Assembly: GCA_963769935.1 (NCBI GenBank)
Contig: CAVYNY010000011.1
Span: forward strand, 320,001 to 384,000
Direction of reading: 5' to 3'
DNA from: an uncultured delta proteobacterium
Lineage (GTDB): Bacteria > Desulfobacterota > Desulfobacteria > Desulfobacterales > JAFDCJ01
Length of the DNA stretch: 64,000 nt
The position numbers and the translations under genes are program-made. The notes under the pieces are model-generated. The model had not been told where the DNA came from. It was given only the letters and a program-made list of their open reading frames with translations, and did not search any database. Of this stretch, positions 28,835 through 39,296 are shown piece by piece. The number at the start of each line of letters is the position of its first letter. Position 1 is the stretch's first letter.

Positions 28835-30295
28835 TCATGATGATTCGCCATCGGCGTCGAGCAGCATCATATTATTCAAGTATTCTGTGAGCATAAACTC
28901 GGATACATCACAGGGTAGGGCCTCCAGCAGCATGTTGACTTTTTCCATGTTTTCGGGCGGCGCAACACCCGTCACACCGGCCATTTCAGCCAGTTTGAAA
29001 AAGGTCGCTTCGTCAAAGCCGAGGGAGAGTTTTTTTAGTTCCTCCTGCAGGTCCCGGGTCTCCTGGTCCATTTCTTCCTGTTTCATTTCTGCAACCGTCT
29101 CTGCTAAAGCCCTTAGTAAGGCTTCTGCCTGGGGGACCGTGGCGCGGTTCATTGAAACATGGAGATTAGAGGGGGAATTGTCCCGGGCAAACTGAGGCTG
29201 CAGATACCATCCCTTGGCCTTCATTTTATCGGCCAGCCGGTAAACGTTAATTTTTTCAGCAGTCGATGTCAAGGCAAACATGCACATGCCCGGTTGACCC
29301 AATACTTTCAATCCGTCGATGCGCTCGATACCCTCAATTAATTTTTGCGTGGCCTGCATCACTTCGGCGACGATTTTCATGTAACCGTCGTCGCCCATAT
29401 ATTTTAGAACCGCCCAGGCTGCAGCCATGGGGCCGCCGCTTTTACTGCTGGTAACCGCAGGGTTGATCACGGTGTAGCCGGTCCAGCGGGAGCAGGCCCA
29501 GATTTGAAATTTTCTAAGCTCCTTGTTTTTATAAAGAACAATGGAGGCGCCTTTAGCAGCATATCCGTATTTGTGAAGATCAACCGACAAGGACGTCACA
29601 CCGGGCACATTCATATTAAAGTCCGGTACATCGTAGCCCAGCCGGCGCATGTAGGAAAGATGGATGCCGCCCACACAGGCATCCACATGACACAGCAGCC
29701 CTTTTTCTTGGGCCAAGGCGGCGATTTCAGCAATCGGGTCCATGACGCCGTGCGTATACCCGGGTGCCGAGCCGACCAGCAATATCGTATTGTCGGTAAC
29801 GGCATCGCGCATCGCACCCACATCCGCCAGAAAGGTGTCGTCATGCACCGGTGTTACAACCGGTTTTACGCCCAGATAGTGGGCCGCCTTGAAAAGGGAG
29901 GCGTGCGCTGTGATCGGCAGAACCATTTCCGGTGCTTTAATTTGGGGTCTGGTGGCCCGTGAATAGTCCCGGGCAGTTTTGACTGCCAGCATCAGACTCT
30001 CCGTTCCGCCGGAAGAAAAATTGCCGACGACCTCGTTGCTGCAGCCCAGCAGATTAGCAGTCATTGAGACCACCTCATTTTCCAGGCGCAGAAGACTCGG
30101 AAACGATAACGGATCGAGACCATTTTCGGCAAGATAAAGGATATAGGCGTCATTGATAACATCATGAACTTTTTCTCCGGGATCATAGATGTAGCCAAAA
30201 ACCCGGCCGGACTTCCAGTCCAGATCGGCGCCTTTGTAGCTTTTCAGTGTTTGAAAGATTTCTTCTTTCGACAAACCTTTTGACGGTATTTTCAT
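28835..30295 (-). CDS. PLP-dependent group II decarboxylase, sphingosine-1-phosphate lyase-like
   Basis: SGGTES, HVDACVGG and SVDLHKYGYAAKG (PLP Lys) motifs. Confidence 0.85.
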   Translation of the reverse strand: MKIPSKGLSKEEIFQTLKSYKGADLDWKSGRVFGYIYDPGEKVHDVINDAYILYLAENGLDPLSFPSLLRLENEVVSMTANLLGCSNEVVGNFSSGGTESLMLAVKTARDYSRATRPQIKAPEMVLPITAHASLFKAAHYLGVKPVVTPVHDDTFLADVGAMRDAVTDNTILLVGSAPGYTHGVMDPIAEIAALAQEKGLLCHVDACVGGIHLSYMRRLGYDVPDFNMNVPGVTSLSVDLHKYGYAAKGASIVLYKNKELRKFQIWACSRWTGYTVINPAVTSSKSGGPMAAAWAVLKYMGDDGYMKIVAEVMQATQKLIEGIERIDGLKVLGQPGMCMFALTSTAEKINVYRLADKMKAKGWYLQPQFARDNSPSNLHVSMNRATVPQAEALLRALAETVAEMKQEEMDQETRDLQEELKKLSLGFDEATFFKLAEMAGVTGVAPPENMEKVNMLLEALPCDVSEFMLTEYLNNMMLLDADGESS

Positions 30296-30425
30296 TCCAA
30301 TTCCCCCGATTTTTTTTTGAAGGTTGCAGACCGACAGAGAATCGATTTCCAGCTTTTTCATTTTTCCCGGCCCGGCAGCGGCGGCAGACGGATTCCAGAG
30401 CACGGCGTCAAAAAAATTTCCAATA

Positions 30426-31991
30426 TCATCTCGGGTAGCCCGTAATCTCTCGAATACGCTCGTAGAGAGGTTTCAGGCGCTTGTACATCTTTTTATAAAC
30501 ATCATGGTAAAGCGCATCGTAAAGTTGGTGATTCTTCCGGTTCGGTTCGAAGACTTCGCCCACATGGGTCATGGTTTTTACGGCGGATTTAAAATCGGGG
30601 TGCAGTTCCAGCCCGACGGCGGCGTCAATGGCGGCACCCAGCCCCGAAGTTTCATAGATGCGGGGTTTGGCCGTAGGTAATCCGAAAATGTCGGCGGTAA
30701 TTTGCATGGCATTGCGGCTCTGGCTGCCGCCGCCGGATACCCTGAGGCTGGTAACCGGTGTGCGACTGCGCTTTTCGATGCGTTCTTTGCCGTCCCGCAG
30801 GGCATATGCCAGGCCTTCCAAAATGGAGCGGTACAGATGGGCGCGGGTATGCACATCACCGAAACCGATAATCGCCCCCTTGGCTTCCGGACCCGGAGTT
30901 TTGACCCCGGGTGTCCAATAGGGTTGAAGCATCAACCCCATGGAGCCCGGTTCGATTTCGTCCACCAGCCGGTCAAAAAGCGCTTCGGGCGGCACCTCCG
31001 ATTCAGCCGCCTGCTGCAGCTCCGGGTAGCCGAACTGCTGCTTGAACCAGTTGACCATCCAGTAGCCCCTGAACACCTGAACTTCGACGGTATAGTATCC
31101 CGGTACGGCGGAAGGATAGGGGGGGATGAGAGGGATGGGCTCGACATATTTTTTGTGGGTGACGTTGATGGTGGCGGTGGTCCCGTAACTGAGACAGCCG
31201 ATATTGGAATCGAGGCTGCCGGAGCCGATGACTTCACAGGCCTTGTCGGCCGCCGCTGCAACCAGGGACAGTCCTTCCGGGATGCCGGTTTCCCGGGCTG
31301 CGGCAGCGGTTATCGTCCCGAGCAGCCGGCCGGGTGCTATGAGCTCCGGCATCATGGCGGGAGCGATGCAGGATAAAACCTGCCGTTTCCAGTCCCACCA
31401 GGCCGCCGGGCGCAAGCGCTTGTAATCGAAGGGAATGTAACCGACCTGACAGCCGATGGAATCGACAAATTTACCGACCAGCCGATACGTCAGGTACCCG
31501 GAAAGCAGCAGGTATTTATGGGTTTTTTGCCAGATCTCCGGCTGATAGGTGCTGATCCAGTTGGCTTCGGCTTCAGCCTGGAGGTAGGCCACAGTTTTTC
31601 TGAGACCGGTGATGCCGAAGATAAGACCCCACAAACCGCCAACCGGCGGCAGCCCATAGGTTTTGCGCTGATCCAGCCACAGAATAGCCGGTCGGAGAGG
31701 ATTGCCGCTTTTGTCGACATTTACCACGGTTGCCCGCTGCGTCGTGACGGCCATACCGGCGATGCGCTCCTTGAAGCGAGGGTGTTGCTGCCAGAGTCCC
31801 CGGCAGGCCCGGCAAAGGGAATCCCAGAAGACATTCGGATCCTGTTCGGCCCAGCCGGCCTGATCTGAGAAATAAGGCCTAAACGTTGCAATTTGGCAGG
31901 CCAGAATGTTCCCCTCCAGATCAAAGATCAGCGCTTTCAGGCTCTGGGTTCCGTTGTCAATGGCCAGCAGGAGGTCTTTGTCCACTGTCAC
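30426..31991 (-). CDS. FGGY-family carbohydrate kinase
   Basis: [17 protein letters not shown] and VSGGGS motifs. Confidence 0.93.
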   Translation of the reverse strand: MTVDKDLLLAIDNGTQSLKALIFDLEGNILACQIATFRPYFSDQAGWAEQDPNVFWDSLCRACRGLWQQHPRFKERIAGMAVTTQRATVVNVDKSGNPLRPAILWLDQRKTYGLPPVGGLWGLIFGITGLRKTVAYLQAEAEANWISTYQPEIWQKTHKYLLLSGYLTYRLVGKFVDSIGCQVGYIPFDYKRLRPAAWWDWKRQVLSCIAPAMMPELIAPGRLLGTITAAAARETGIPEGLSLVAAAADKACEVIGSGSLDSNIGCLSYGTTATINVTHKKYVEPIPLIPPYPSAVPGYYTVEVQVFRGYWMVNWFKQQFGYPELQQAAESEVPPEALFDRLVDEIEPGSMGLMLQPYWTPGVKTPGPEAKGAIIGFGDVHTRAHLYRSILEGLAYALRDGKERIEKRSRTPVTSLRVSGGGSQSRNAMQITADIFGLPTAKPRIYETSGLGAAIDAAVGLELHPDFKSAVKTMTHVGEVFEPNRKNHQLYDALYHDVYKKMYKRLKPLYERIREITGYPR

Positions 31992-32090
31992 GCATACCTT
32001 GAGAAAATTGATAGAAAAATATCAAATAACTTGAATAAAGCAAATAACGAATGTCGAACGTTGAAGGTCTGAATCGCTTCGCTTTGCGTC

Positions 32091-33758
32091 CTAAGCTGCC
32101 CGGCTGTGTTTTTTTATCGGCCTGACTTTTCGATATATTTTGCTCAACGCCGCTTTCAGGGTTCTGAAAGAGACAATGTTGCCTTTGGTCAAAATTTCAG
32201 CGCGTCTCAGCGGCAGGTTGTGGGCGTGATTCCACAGTCCGAGATACAGCTTGATTTCCTCTTTCCAGCGCCGTCGGTCCCACGGCAGAACATCCCGGCA
32301 AATTTTTTGAATGCGGTTTAAATACTGCTTTCCACCTTCCGGTGTCAACATACCGATACGAACCCGTCTCAACAATAGATCGTCGAGATGTCTGATGCTT
32401 TCTTTTTCAGCCACATACCGCAGCTCCGCCCAGAGAGTGTGGGTGCCGGGGATTATCCCAAGATCTCTGGAATCTGCTGTTTGCACAATTTCGTGGGCCG
32501 CCCTGCCATAGCGGCCATAAAGACGGCGCCAGGTTTGCAGGGGCAGTCCAAAATCGTTTTCCGGCATGGGCGGCATTTCAGCGAATACGGGATCTTTGCG
32601 ATGAACGTCGCTGTCGGGAGGCAGGAAAGGTTTGGCCGCTTTAAGGGCATCCCAGGCAAGTCTTCGAAAGGTCGTCAGCTTGCCGCCGGTGACGGTGATC
32701 AATCCCTGGTCGACCCACACGACGTGCTCGCGGGATTCCTCCGAAGGTTCGCGCTTGCCCTCGCTGAGAACCGGCCGGATACCGGCAAATGCAGATATGC
32801 AGTCACGCAGGGTGATGTCCAAAGATGGAAAGATTGCCTGAACGCCTTCCATCAGGTAGGTCACTTCATCTTCGGTAATATGCGGAACCACCGCCAGGTC
32901 TTCGGTGTGATCGAGATCCGTTGTGCCGACCAGTACCGCCCCTTCCCAGGGGACGGCAAATACCGCACGTCCGTCCCGCGGGTGGATGAAACTGAATCCC
33001 TCTTTCAACGGCAGTATTTCAGCCGGAAATACCAGATGGCTGCCGCGCAAGGGTCGCAGATGACGGTGTGAATCGGGTGACGGATGCAGTTTTTCAGCCC
33101 AGCATCCGGTGGCATTGAAGACGGCATCTGTAAACAATCGGCCGTCTTCACCGGTTTCGACATCTTCGATATCGATTCCGAGCACGTTCCCCTCACTGCT
33201 GCGGATGATTCTATTGACCCGTGTGTAATTTAAAGCCCGCGCGCCGGAATCCACCGATTCGTTGATCAGCCTTAAAACCAGTCGGGAGTCATCGACCTGG
33301 GCATCATAGTAATGAAATCCGCCTAAAAGACCGGCCGGATTTATGAAAGGCAGCTTTTCAAGGATTTCATCGGGTTTTAAAAACCGGTGTTGCCGTTCGC
33401 GGGCCATGATATCGTAAATGGTCAGACCGACTTTTAGTAATTTTCTGCCCGGCTTCTGTTCTTCGTAGACCGGCAGCATAAACCCCAGCGGTTCGACCAA
33501 ACCGGGCGCTTCGGCAAGCAGTCGATCCCGCTCCTCCACCGAAATTTTGGTCAGCAGCAAATGGCCTTCCTTGATATACCGCAAGCCGCCGTGCACCAGC
33601 TTGGATGAGCGGCTGGAGGTGCCCCAGGCAAAATCTTCCTGTTCGATGAGAATGGCCTGCAACCCCATGCGGGCAGCTTCCCGCAGGATGCCGGCACCGG
33701 TGATGCCGCCACCGATGACAATTAAATCCCAGGTTTTGGGGAGATTTTTGAAGCTCAT
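32091..33758 (-). CDS. glpD: FAD-dependent glycerol-3-phosphate dehydrogenase/oxidase
   Basis: IGGGITGAG, GTSSRSSKLVHGGLRY and GGKLTT motifs. Confidence 0.88.
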   Translation of the reverse strand: MSFKNLPKTWDLIVIGGGITGAGILREAARMGLQAILIEQEDFAWGTSSRSSKLVHGGLRYIKEGHLLLTKISVEERDRLLAEAPGLVEPLGFMLPVYEEQKPGRKLLKVGLTIYDIMARERQHRFLKPDEILEKLPFINPAGLLGGFHYYDAQVDDSRLVLRLINESVDSGARALNYTRVNRIIRSSEGNVLGIDIEDVETGEDGRLFTDAVFNATGCWAEKLHPSPDSHRHLRPLRGSHLVFPAEILPLKEGFSFIHPRDGRAVFAVPWEGAVLVGTTDLDHTEDLAVVPHITEDEVTYLMEGVQAIFPSLDITLRDCISAFAGIRPVLSEGKREPSEESREHVVWVDQGLITVTGGKLTTFRRLAWDALKAAKPFLPPDSDVHRKDPVFAEMPPMPENDFGLPLQTWRRLYGRYGRAAHEIVQTADSRDLGIIPGTHTLWAELRYVAEKESIRHLDDLLLRRVRIGMLTPEGGKQYLNRIQKICRDVLPWDRRRWKEEIKLYLGLWNHAHNLPLRRAEILTKGNIVSFRTLKAALSKIYRKVRPIKKHSRAA

Positions 33759-33789
33759 GGGTTCGTCCAGGAACCGAATAATGAATTTA

Positions 33790-33918
33790 GGTTTCAAGGT
33801 TAGGGTGTCAGGTGTCAGTAGCACCGCTGAAACCTTAAACCTTATTCAAACCAATAACTAATAACGGTGGACTTTTTCTCTCCTCAGTCCTCAGTCCTCT
33901 GTCTTCCGTCCTCTGATC
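33790..33918. repeat. Stack of 7-mer repeat remnants
   Basis: GGTGTCA/CTGAAAC inverted arms, AATAACT and TCCTCAG runs. Confidence 0.65.
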
Positions 33919-33919
33919 A

Positions 33920-35515
33920 TCAAGGCAACAACTTGTCCGGATTCATGCGCTGATCGGGATCAACATGTTTAAAAACTTCCCGCAGGGTGCTGATGCCGAG
34001 GACTCCTTTTTCGAATGATAAATACGGCCGGTGGTCCCGGCCTACCCCGTGCTGGTGGGAAATAGTTCCGCCGGCGGCAACGATCGCCCGGCTGGCCGCA
34101 TCTTTTATGCGTTGCCAGGCTTCTAAAGTTTGCTCCGGCGATTCCGACAAGTGAAAAATAAAGGTTGTATAGATGCTGGAGCCGCTCGGGTAGACATGTG
34201 ACAGATGCGAAAAAACGTGCCCCCTTTGATTGCCTGCCTGCAATGCTTCGTGGATCGATTTTTCAATGGAATGCATGGCCGGCGTCACTTTATCCCAGGT
34301 GAGGGCCGTCTCCAGTGTATCCACGGCGTAGCCCCGATCCCAGAGCGAATTTCGCAAATACGCTGAGCGAAAGCGGTTTTTTTTCCAGGCCCGGCCCATG
34401 GGCCTTCCGACCCAAACCCCCTTGTGATGCCGAATGATGGTTAACGCGGCGCCGCGAGCGGCAGTTGTTATACGCCGGGAGCCGGTAAAGCCGATCAGGC
34501 ACATGCAAAACTTTCCGTCGACAAGGCCGCGCAGGCCCAGATATCGCCTGAGCAGAGAAATTTGCCTTGCGCTGCCGGCCAGAGCCAGATTGGTCGTTGT
34601 CTCGAGCGGGTTGCTCAGCCGCATCATTGAAAAAGAGATATCCGTTCCCGCGATGCGCTGCACCGCCTTTCGGCCTTCTTCCCACGACGGAAAGAAGACC
34701 CCGTAAACATTGTCTCTTTCCGGCAGAGGGGAGATTCTGACGATTACGTTGGTCAGGATCCCCATTTTGCCCTCCGAACCTAGCACGATCTGGCGCAGGT
34801 CGGGACCGGCGGCTGATGCCGGAAAGGGCGGTAAATTCATAGATCCGCGGGGTGTGAGGATTTCGCCGCCGGCAAAAAGGTCTTCAATTCGGCCGTAGTG
34901 TCCGGACTGCTGGCCGCTGGACCGGGTGACCACCCATCCGCCGAGGGAAGAATATTCGAAGGACTGGGGGTAATGACCGAGGGTGAAGCCACCGCCATTC
35001 AGGTGCTGTTCGAGTTGCGGACCGCGAATTCCGGCTTCAAAGACCGCCAGTCGATTATCGGTTTCCAGGGCGACGAGACGGTTGAGCCGCTCAAGAGACA
35101 GGCTCAGAACCGGGCGTTCGGTTTGCGGCACCGCCAGGTGGCCGACCACGCTGGTGCCGCCGCCGTAGGGGATAACGATGACACCTTGTGCGGCGCAAAA
35201 TTTCAAAAGTTCCCGGACTTCGGCCCCATTGGCCGGTCGGGCCACACCATCCGGAAATCGCTGCAGCGTTCCGCCGCGCAGACCAATCCAGTCGGGCAGA
35301 CTTTGGCCATGGGCGTGGTCAAGTCGTAATCGGGCGTCGAATGAAATCAGGGGATGCGGGGTCAGACGCGATTGCGGTACCCGATCGATAAACTTTGCCA
35401 GGGGATAGTCCGACCGGACCTGTCCGGTTCCTATCAGATCCTGCAAAATTCCAAGAGCTTGCGGCGGAAGATCCATTTTTACATTTTCATCGCCCCAGCC
35501 GTTCCAGCTTTGCAT
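33920..35515 (-). CDS. FAD-linked oxidase, alkyl-dihydroxyacetone-phosphate synthase (AGPS)-like
   Basis: WNGWG, PYGGGTSV, GHYPQSFEYSSLGGW, GSEG and SHQHGVG motifs. Confidence 0.88.
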   Translation of the reverse strand: MQSWNGWGDENVKMDLPPQALGILQDLIGTGQVRSDYPLAKFIDRVPQSRLTPHPLISFDARLRLDHAHGQSLPDWIGLRGGTLQRFPDGVARPANGAEVRELLKFCAAQGVIVIPYGGGTSVVGHLAVPQTERPVLSLSLERLNRLVALETDNRLAVFEAGIRGPQLEQHLNGGGFTLGHYPQSFEYSSLGGWVVTRSSGQQSGHYGRIEDLFAGGEILTPRGSMNLPPFPASAAGPDLRQIVLGSEGKMGILTNVIVRISPLPERDNVYGVFFPSWEEGRKAVQRIAGTDISFSMMRLSNPLETTTNLALAGSARQISLLRRYLGLRGLVDGKFCMCLIGFTGSRRITTAARGAALTIIRHHKGVWVGRPMGRAWKKNRFRSAYLRNSLWDRGYAVDTLETALTWDKVTPAMHSIEKSIHEALQAGNQRGHVFSHLSHVYPSGSSIYTTFIFHLSESPEQTLEAWQRIKDAASRAIVAAGGTISHQHGVGRDHRPYLSFEKGVLGISTLREVFKHVDPDQRMNPDKLLP

Positions 35516-35527
35516 GGTCTTACTCCT

Positions 35528-35624
35528 TAATTAATCCGCCCTGAAAGATGTCACTTTCAGGGTTGAAAATTGTTCTTTGAAAATTGAAAAAAGAAGTTAG
35601 ATCGAAGGTCCGGCGGATTAATTA
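35528..35624. mobile_element. MITE-like element, family 2, second copy
   Basis: TIR TAATTAATCCGCC/GGCGGATTAATTA; interior matches 16098-16195 inverted. Confidence 0.7.
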
Positions 35625-35700
35625 TCTTATGCTGCGCATTTAGATTTTCGCTGAAATCTGTTAAATTCATTTTGATGCATCCTCGTATGAAACTTCACCT

Positions 35701-35910
35701 GAACGAAACAGCGAACCGCAGAACAGCAGAATAACGAACCGCAGAATTTCGAAGGGTGGTTTCGCTACGCTCAGTCTTTTTTATAAAAAAGATAGAATAC
35801 CTTCCCTCGATATTCGATATTCGATATTCATTATTCGCTTTTAAAGAGTTTCCTCTTTCGATCAGACTGGCCGTTTTTTTGGCCGGCGGCTGGGCTGACA
35901 CCTGAAACCC
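35701..35910. repeat. Composite repeat: GAAC/GAAT 7-mer arm, TCGATAT arm and the ~65 bp dispersed repeat
   Basis: GAACCGCAGAACAGCAGAATAACGAACCGCAGAATTTCGAA ... TCGATATTCGATATTCGATATTC. Confidence 0.7.
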
Positions 35911-35921
35911 ACACTGGTCAT

Positions 35922-36104
35922 TTATTCCCCCCGCTCCGCCTGACGGGACTTGCCCTCTTGCCAGATAGTAATACTCTGCTCCATGGCCTTTTTGACGATC
36001 GGTTCGACGGTCCCGGGGTCTGTTTCAATCGCCTGGCCAAGTTCCCGATAATATGCGCGTGAAGCCCGGCGGGCGGATTTGTCACTGAAATAAATAATAG
36101 CCAT
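35922..36104 (-). pseudogene. C-terminal remnant of a FadR-like regulator
   Basis: YFS...AR..S..YY.EL......S..IW pattern resembles the FadR C-terminal helices. Confidence 0.45.
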
Positions 36105-36278
36105 ATTATTGTCAAGTTAGTTTCTTTACAACGTATAAAGCGTGATTAAATTTTAGACGAATTGTGTTCAAACTCGGATAAGCTCTTAAAGCAATTAGAA
36201 ATTTCAATAATTATACGGGCCCATAACCAACACGATGATTATCCATAGCCAGGCTGAGATAAATCAACGGGGGGGAGC

Positions 36279-36932
36279 ATGAACGAGATGATGACGCTGG
36301 TGATTGCTTCGCGCAATCCGGGGAAAACCGCCGAGATCGGAGATTTGCTGGCAGATTTTCCTATCACTATTAGAAATCTTGAAGACTTCGGTCCGATTCC
36401 GCCGGTGGAAGAGGACGGGGAGACCTTTGACGATAACGCTTATAAAAAAGCCAGCTTCGTTTCAAAGGTGCTGGGTCTGCCGGCCCTGGCGGATGACTCC
36501 GGGCTGGTGGTGGAGGCTCTGGGCGGTGCTCCCGGGGTTTACTCGGCCCGTTATGCCGGCGACAATGCCACCGATGAACAGCGCTTTACCAAGCTGCTCG
36601 AGGAGATGAAGGGCCAAACCAACCGTAGAGCCGCTTTTGAATGCGTAATTTCAATTGCGGTCCCCCCGGGACCGGCTTTAACCTATGAGGCCCGCTGCGA
36701 AGGATTGATTGCCGAGAAACCGGCTGGAAAAAGCGGTTTCGGCTATGACCCGGTCTTTTACTATCCTCCCTTCAAAAAGACCTTCGGCCAGTTGACGCGT
36801 GAAGAAAAGAGCCGGGTCAGCCACCGGGGAAAGGCGCTGCGGGAGCTGAAAGAAGAATTTGACAAGGTTTTAATCTGGATCCGTCAGAATATGCCGGTTC
36901 AGGAGAGGTTCGGCTGCCAGCATGATCAATAA
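36279..36932 (+). CDS. rdgB: XTP/dITP diphosphatase
   Basis: ASRNPGK, ADDSGL, PGVYSARY, GFGYDP and SHRG motifs. Confidence 0.95.
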   Translation: MNEMMTLVIASRNPGKTAEIGDLLADFPITIRNLEDFGPIPPVEEDGETFDDNAYKKASFVSKVLGLPALADDSGLVVEALGGAPGVYSARYAGDNATDEQRFTKLLEEMKGQTNRRAAFECVISIAVPPGPALTYEARCEGLIAEKPAGKSGFGYDPVFYYPPFKKTFGQLTREEKSRVSHRGKALRELKEEFDKVLIWIRQNMPVQERFGCQHDQ

Positions 36933-37082
36933 TTAAGATTAATTTTTGACCCCGGCTTCATATAATGATAGGCTGAAAGGGATAAATAGATTAGAGACAG
37001 ATCCTGCCGGACCATAGGCTAAATGCCAAAGATTTTGAGCTTATATTTATCGATCGGTTAATTTACAAAGGGGGAATTACAA

Positions 37083-39053
37083 ATGGGACTAAAAAAGGAT
37101 GTCCTCGACATCGTGACTGAACTGGGCGGAATCAGGACTGCGCAAGCCGCAGATAAACTATTCGAACAACGCGTGGCAGCGGATCAACTTGCTAAATTAA
37201 ACCGGGTAAAAAACGAGGCCGTGCGGCTGAAAATAGCCAACGCCATCGTTCTTTGCGACCCGGACAGTGTGTTTGTCGATACCGGCTCAAATGAAGACCG
37301 TCAATCAATCATAAGCCTGTCCCTTGAAAAAGGCGAGGAAAAAACCCTTGCCATGGAGAACCACACCATCCACTTTGACCTCAAGCAGGAGCAGGGCCGG
37401 ATTATCGACCGCACATTTTACATCAGCAATAAAGGCGAAGAGGTCAATTCCCTGGCTAAAGCCATGGAGCGCAGTGAAGCCGTCAAAGATATCCGGGAGA
37501 AAATGGCGGGCATCATGCGGGGAAAAACAATGATGATCGGCTTTTATCTGCGCGGTCCGGTGGGGGCGCCGGCCTCGAATCCGGCGGTTGAAATTACCAG
37601 CTCAACCTATGTCATGCACAGTGCCGATATTCTGTATCGCAATGTCTATGCGGCTTTTGACCAGGAGGTCGAAAAGCTGGAACATTTTTATACCAACATT
37701 CACAGCGAAGGGTTGAATCGGCCCGAAGATCTTCCCAATGCCAGGGTATTCATGGATCGCAGCCATCTGACCACCTACAGCTTCAATTGCACCTATGCCG
37801 GCAATACGTTGCTGATGAAAAAAGGAAATCACCGCTTCTCCGTCGACCGTGCGGTCTACGAGAAAAGGGCCGAGCAGTTGGCCGAGCACATGTTTATCAC
37901 CGGCATCGAAGGACCCGGCGGACGGACAACCTGGATGATCGGCGCGGCCCCGAGCGGATGCGGCAAGACCACGTCGGCCATGGCCGGAGATCATTTTGTG
38001 GGTGATGACCTGGCGCAGTGCTGGATAGCCGCAGACGGTTCCATTCGATCCATCAATCCGGAGAAAGGCATCTTCGGCATTGTTGAGGATGTGAATTGGG
38101 AGGGCGATCCGAAACTGATGGAATGTCTGCGCAAACCGGGTACCGAGGTCATTTGGTCCAACGTATTGATCGATGAAAACGGGGTGCCCCAGTGGGTCGG
38201 CAACGGTGAGGAGCCGCCGCCCCAAACGGGCGTCAATTTCCAGGGGCCGTGGGAGCAGGGCATGGTGGACGAAAACGGCAAAAAGATACCCATGTCCCAT
38301 CCGAATTCGCGCTGTACCCTGGACAACAGGGCGCTGGGTAATTATTCCGATGAGAATGAAAACGGCGCGGGCGTTGAAACCCGCATCATCACTTACAGCG
38401 GCCGCGACAGTGATACCATGCCGCCCGTATGGGTTGCCAAGACCCCGGATGAAGGCGTTGTCATCGGCGCCTGCATTGTGTCGGCCGCCACTGCCACGGA
38501 AGTCGGCGCTACCGGTGTTCGCCGCCAACCCTGGGCCAATGCCCCGTTTATACCGGGATCTCTGGGAGACTACATGGCTTCGCAATTTGAATTTTTCAAC
38601 AGCAGCAAAATCGCGCCGGACAAACAGCCCATTTTGGCCGGACTAAATTACTTCCTGACCCATGAAGCCCGGGGCGGAGATTCCAAGAAGCTGCTCGGCG
38701 AGAAAAAGGATGTCAAGGCCTGGATGGCCTGGCTGGAGCGACGGGCCCACCGCGAAGTCGATGCGCTCGATACGCCCATCGGGTATTTGCCCAAGTATGA
38801 AGATTTAAAGCAATTGTTCAAGTCTAAAATCGATAAACAGTATCCCGCAGACCTTTATGAAAAGCAGTTTTCGCTTTATATCGACAAGATCATCAATAGA
38901 ATCGATATGCAGGTTGAAGCTTACGGCAAGGAGAAGAATATTCCCCCAAGGCTTTTCGACATTTTGAAGCAACAGCGGCAGGAGCTTGAAATTTTAAAGG
39001 ATAAATATGGTCCGATCGTTGCCCCGAAGCAGTTGGCAGCGGCAGATCTTTGA
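37083..39053 (+). CDS. pckG: Phosphoenolpyruvate carboxykinase (GTP)
   Basis: YAGN, AEHMF, PSGCGKT, VGDD, NPE.GIFG and HPNSR motifs. Confidence 0.92.
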   Translation: MGLKKDVLDIVTELGGIRTAQAADKLFEQRVAADQLAKLNRVKNEAVRLKIANAIVLCDPDSVFVDTGSNEDRQSIISLSLEKGEEKTLAMENHTIHFDLKQEQGRIIDRTFYISNKGEEVNSLAKAMERSEAVKDIREKMAGIMRGKTMMIGFYLRGPVGAPASNPAVEITSSTYVMHSADILYRNVYAAFDQEVEKLEHFYTNIHSEGLNRPEDLPNARVFMDRSHLTTYSFNCTYAGNTLLMKKGNHRFSVDRAVYEKRAEQLAEHMFITGIEGPGGRTTWMIGAAPSGCGKTTSAMAGDHFVGDDLAQCWIAADGSIRSINPEKGIFGIVEDVNWEGDPKLMECLRKPGTEVIWSNVLIDENGVPQWVGNGEEPPPQTGVNFQGPWEQGMVDENGKKIPMSHPNSRCTLDNRALGNYSDENENGAGVETRIITYSGRDSDTMPPVWVAKTPDEGVVIGACIVSAATATEVGATGVRRQPWANAPFIPGSLGDYMASQFEFFNSSKIAPDKQPILAGLNYFLTHEARGGDSKKLLGEKKDVKAWMAWLERRAHREVDALDTPIGYLPKYEDLKQLFKSKIDKQYPADLYEKQFSLYIDKIINRIDMQVEAYGKEKNIPPRLFDILKQQRQELEILKDKYGPIVAPKQLAAADL

Positions 39054-39056
39054 AAC

Positions 39057-39233
39057 GCCGGGACGCTGGGAGGCTGGGAAGCTGGGAGGCACGGTCAACG
39101 TAAAACGTTTTTTCCAGCGGCTTTCCATCTCGGCAATTTTCTGCTGCAAGATATTTATCCTGCGGGGGCAGAGGCCTAATTTAACACACCGGTGCCTTGG
39201 CCTCCAGGCTTTCCAGCTTCCAAGCCTCCCGGC
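39057..39233. repeat. Inverted 8-mer tandem-repeat element (GCTGGGAG / C-C-CCAGC type)
   Basis: Four units on the left (39057-39090) and four degenerate complementary units on the right (39200-39233). Confidence 0.75.
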
Positions 39234-39296
39234 ATTTTTAGAAATTCGATAAATTAATCTTCCCTTAAACCACATTCACGATCTCGCGAGGATTGC

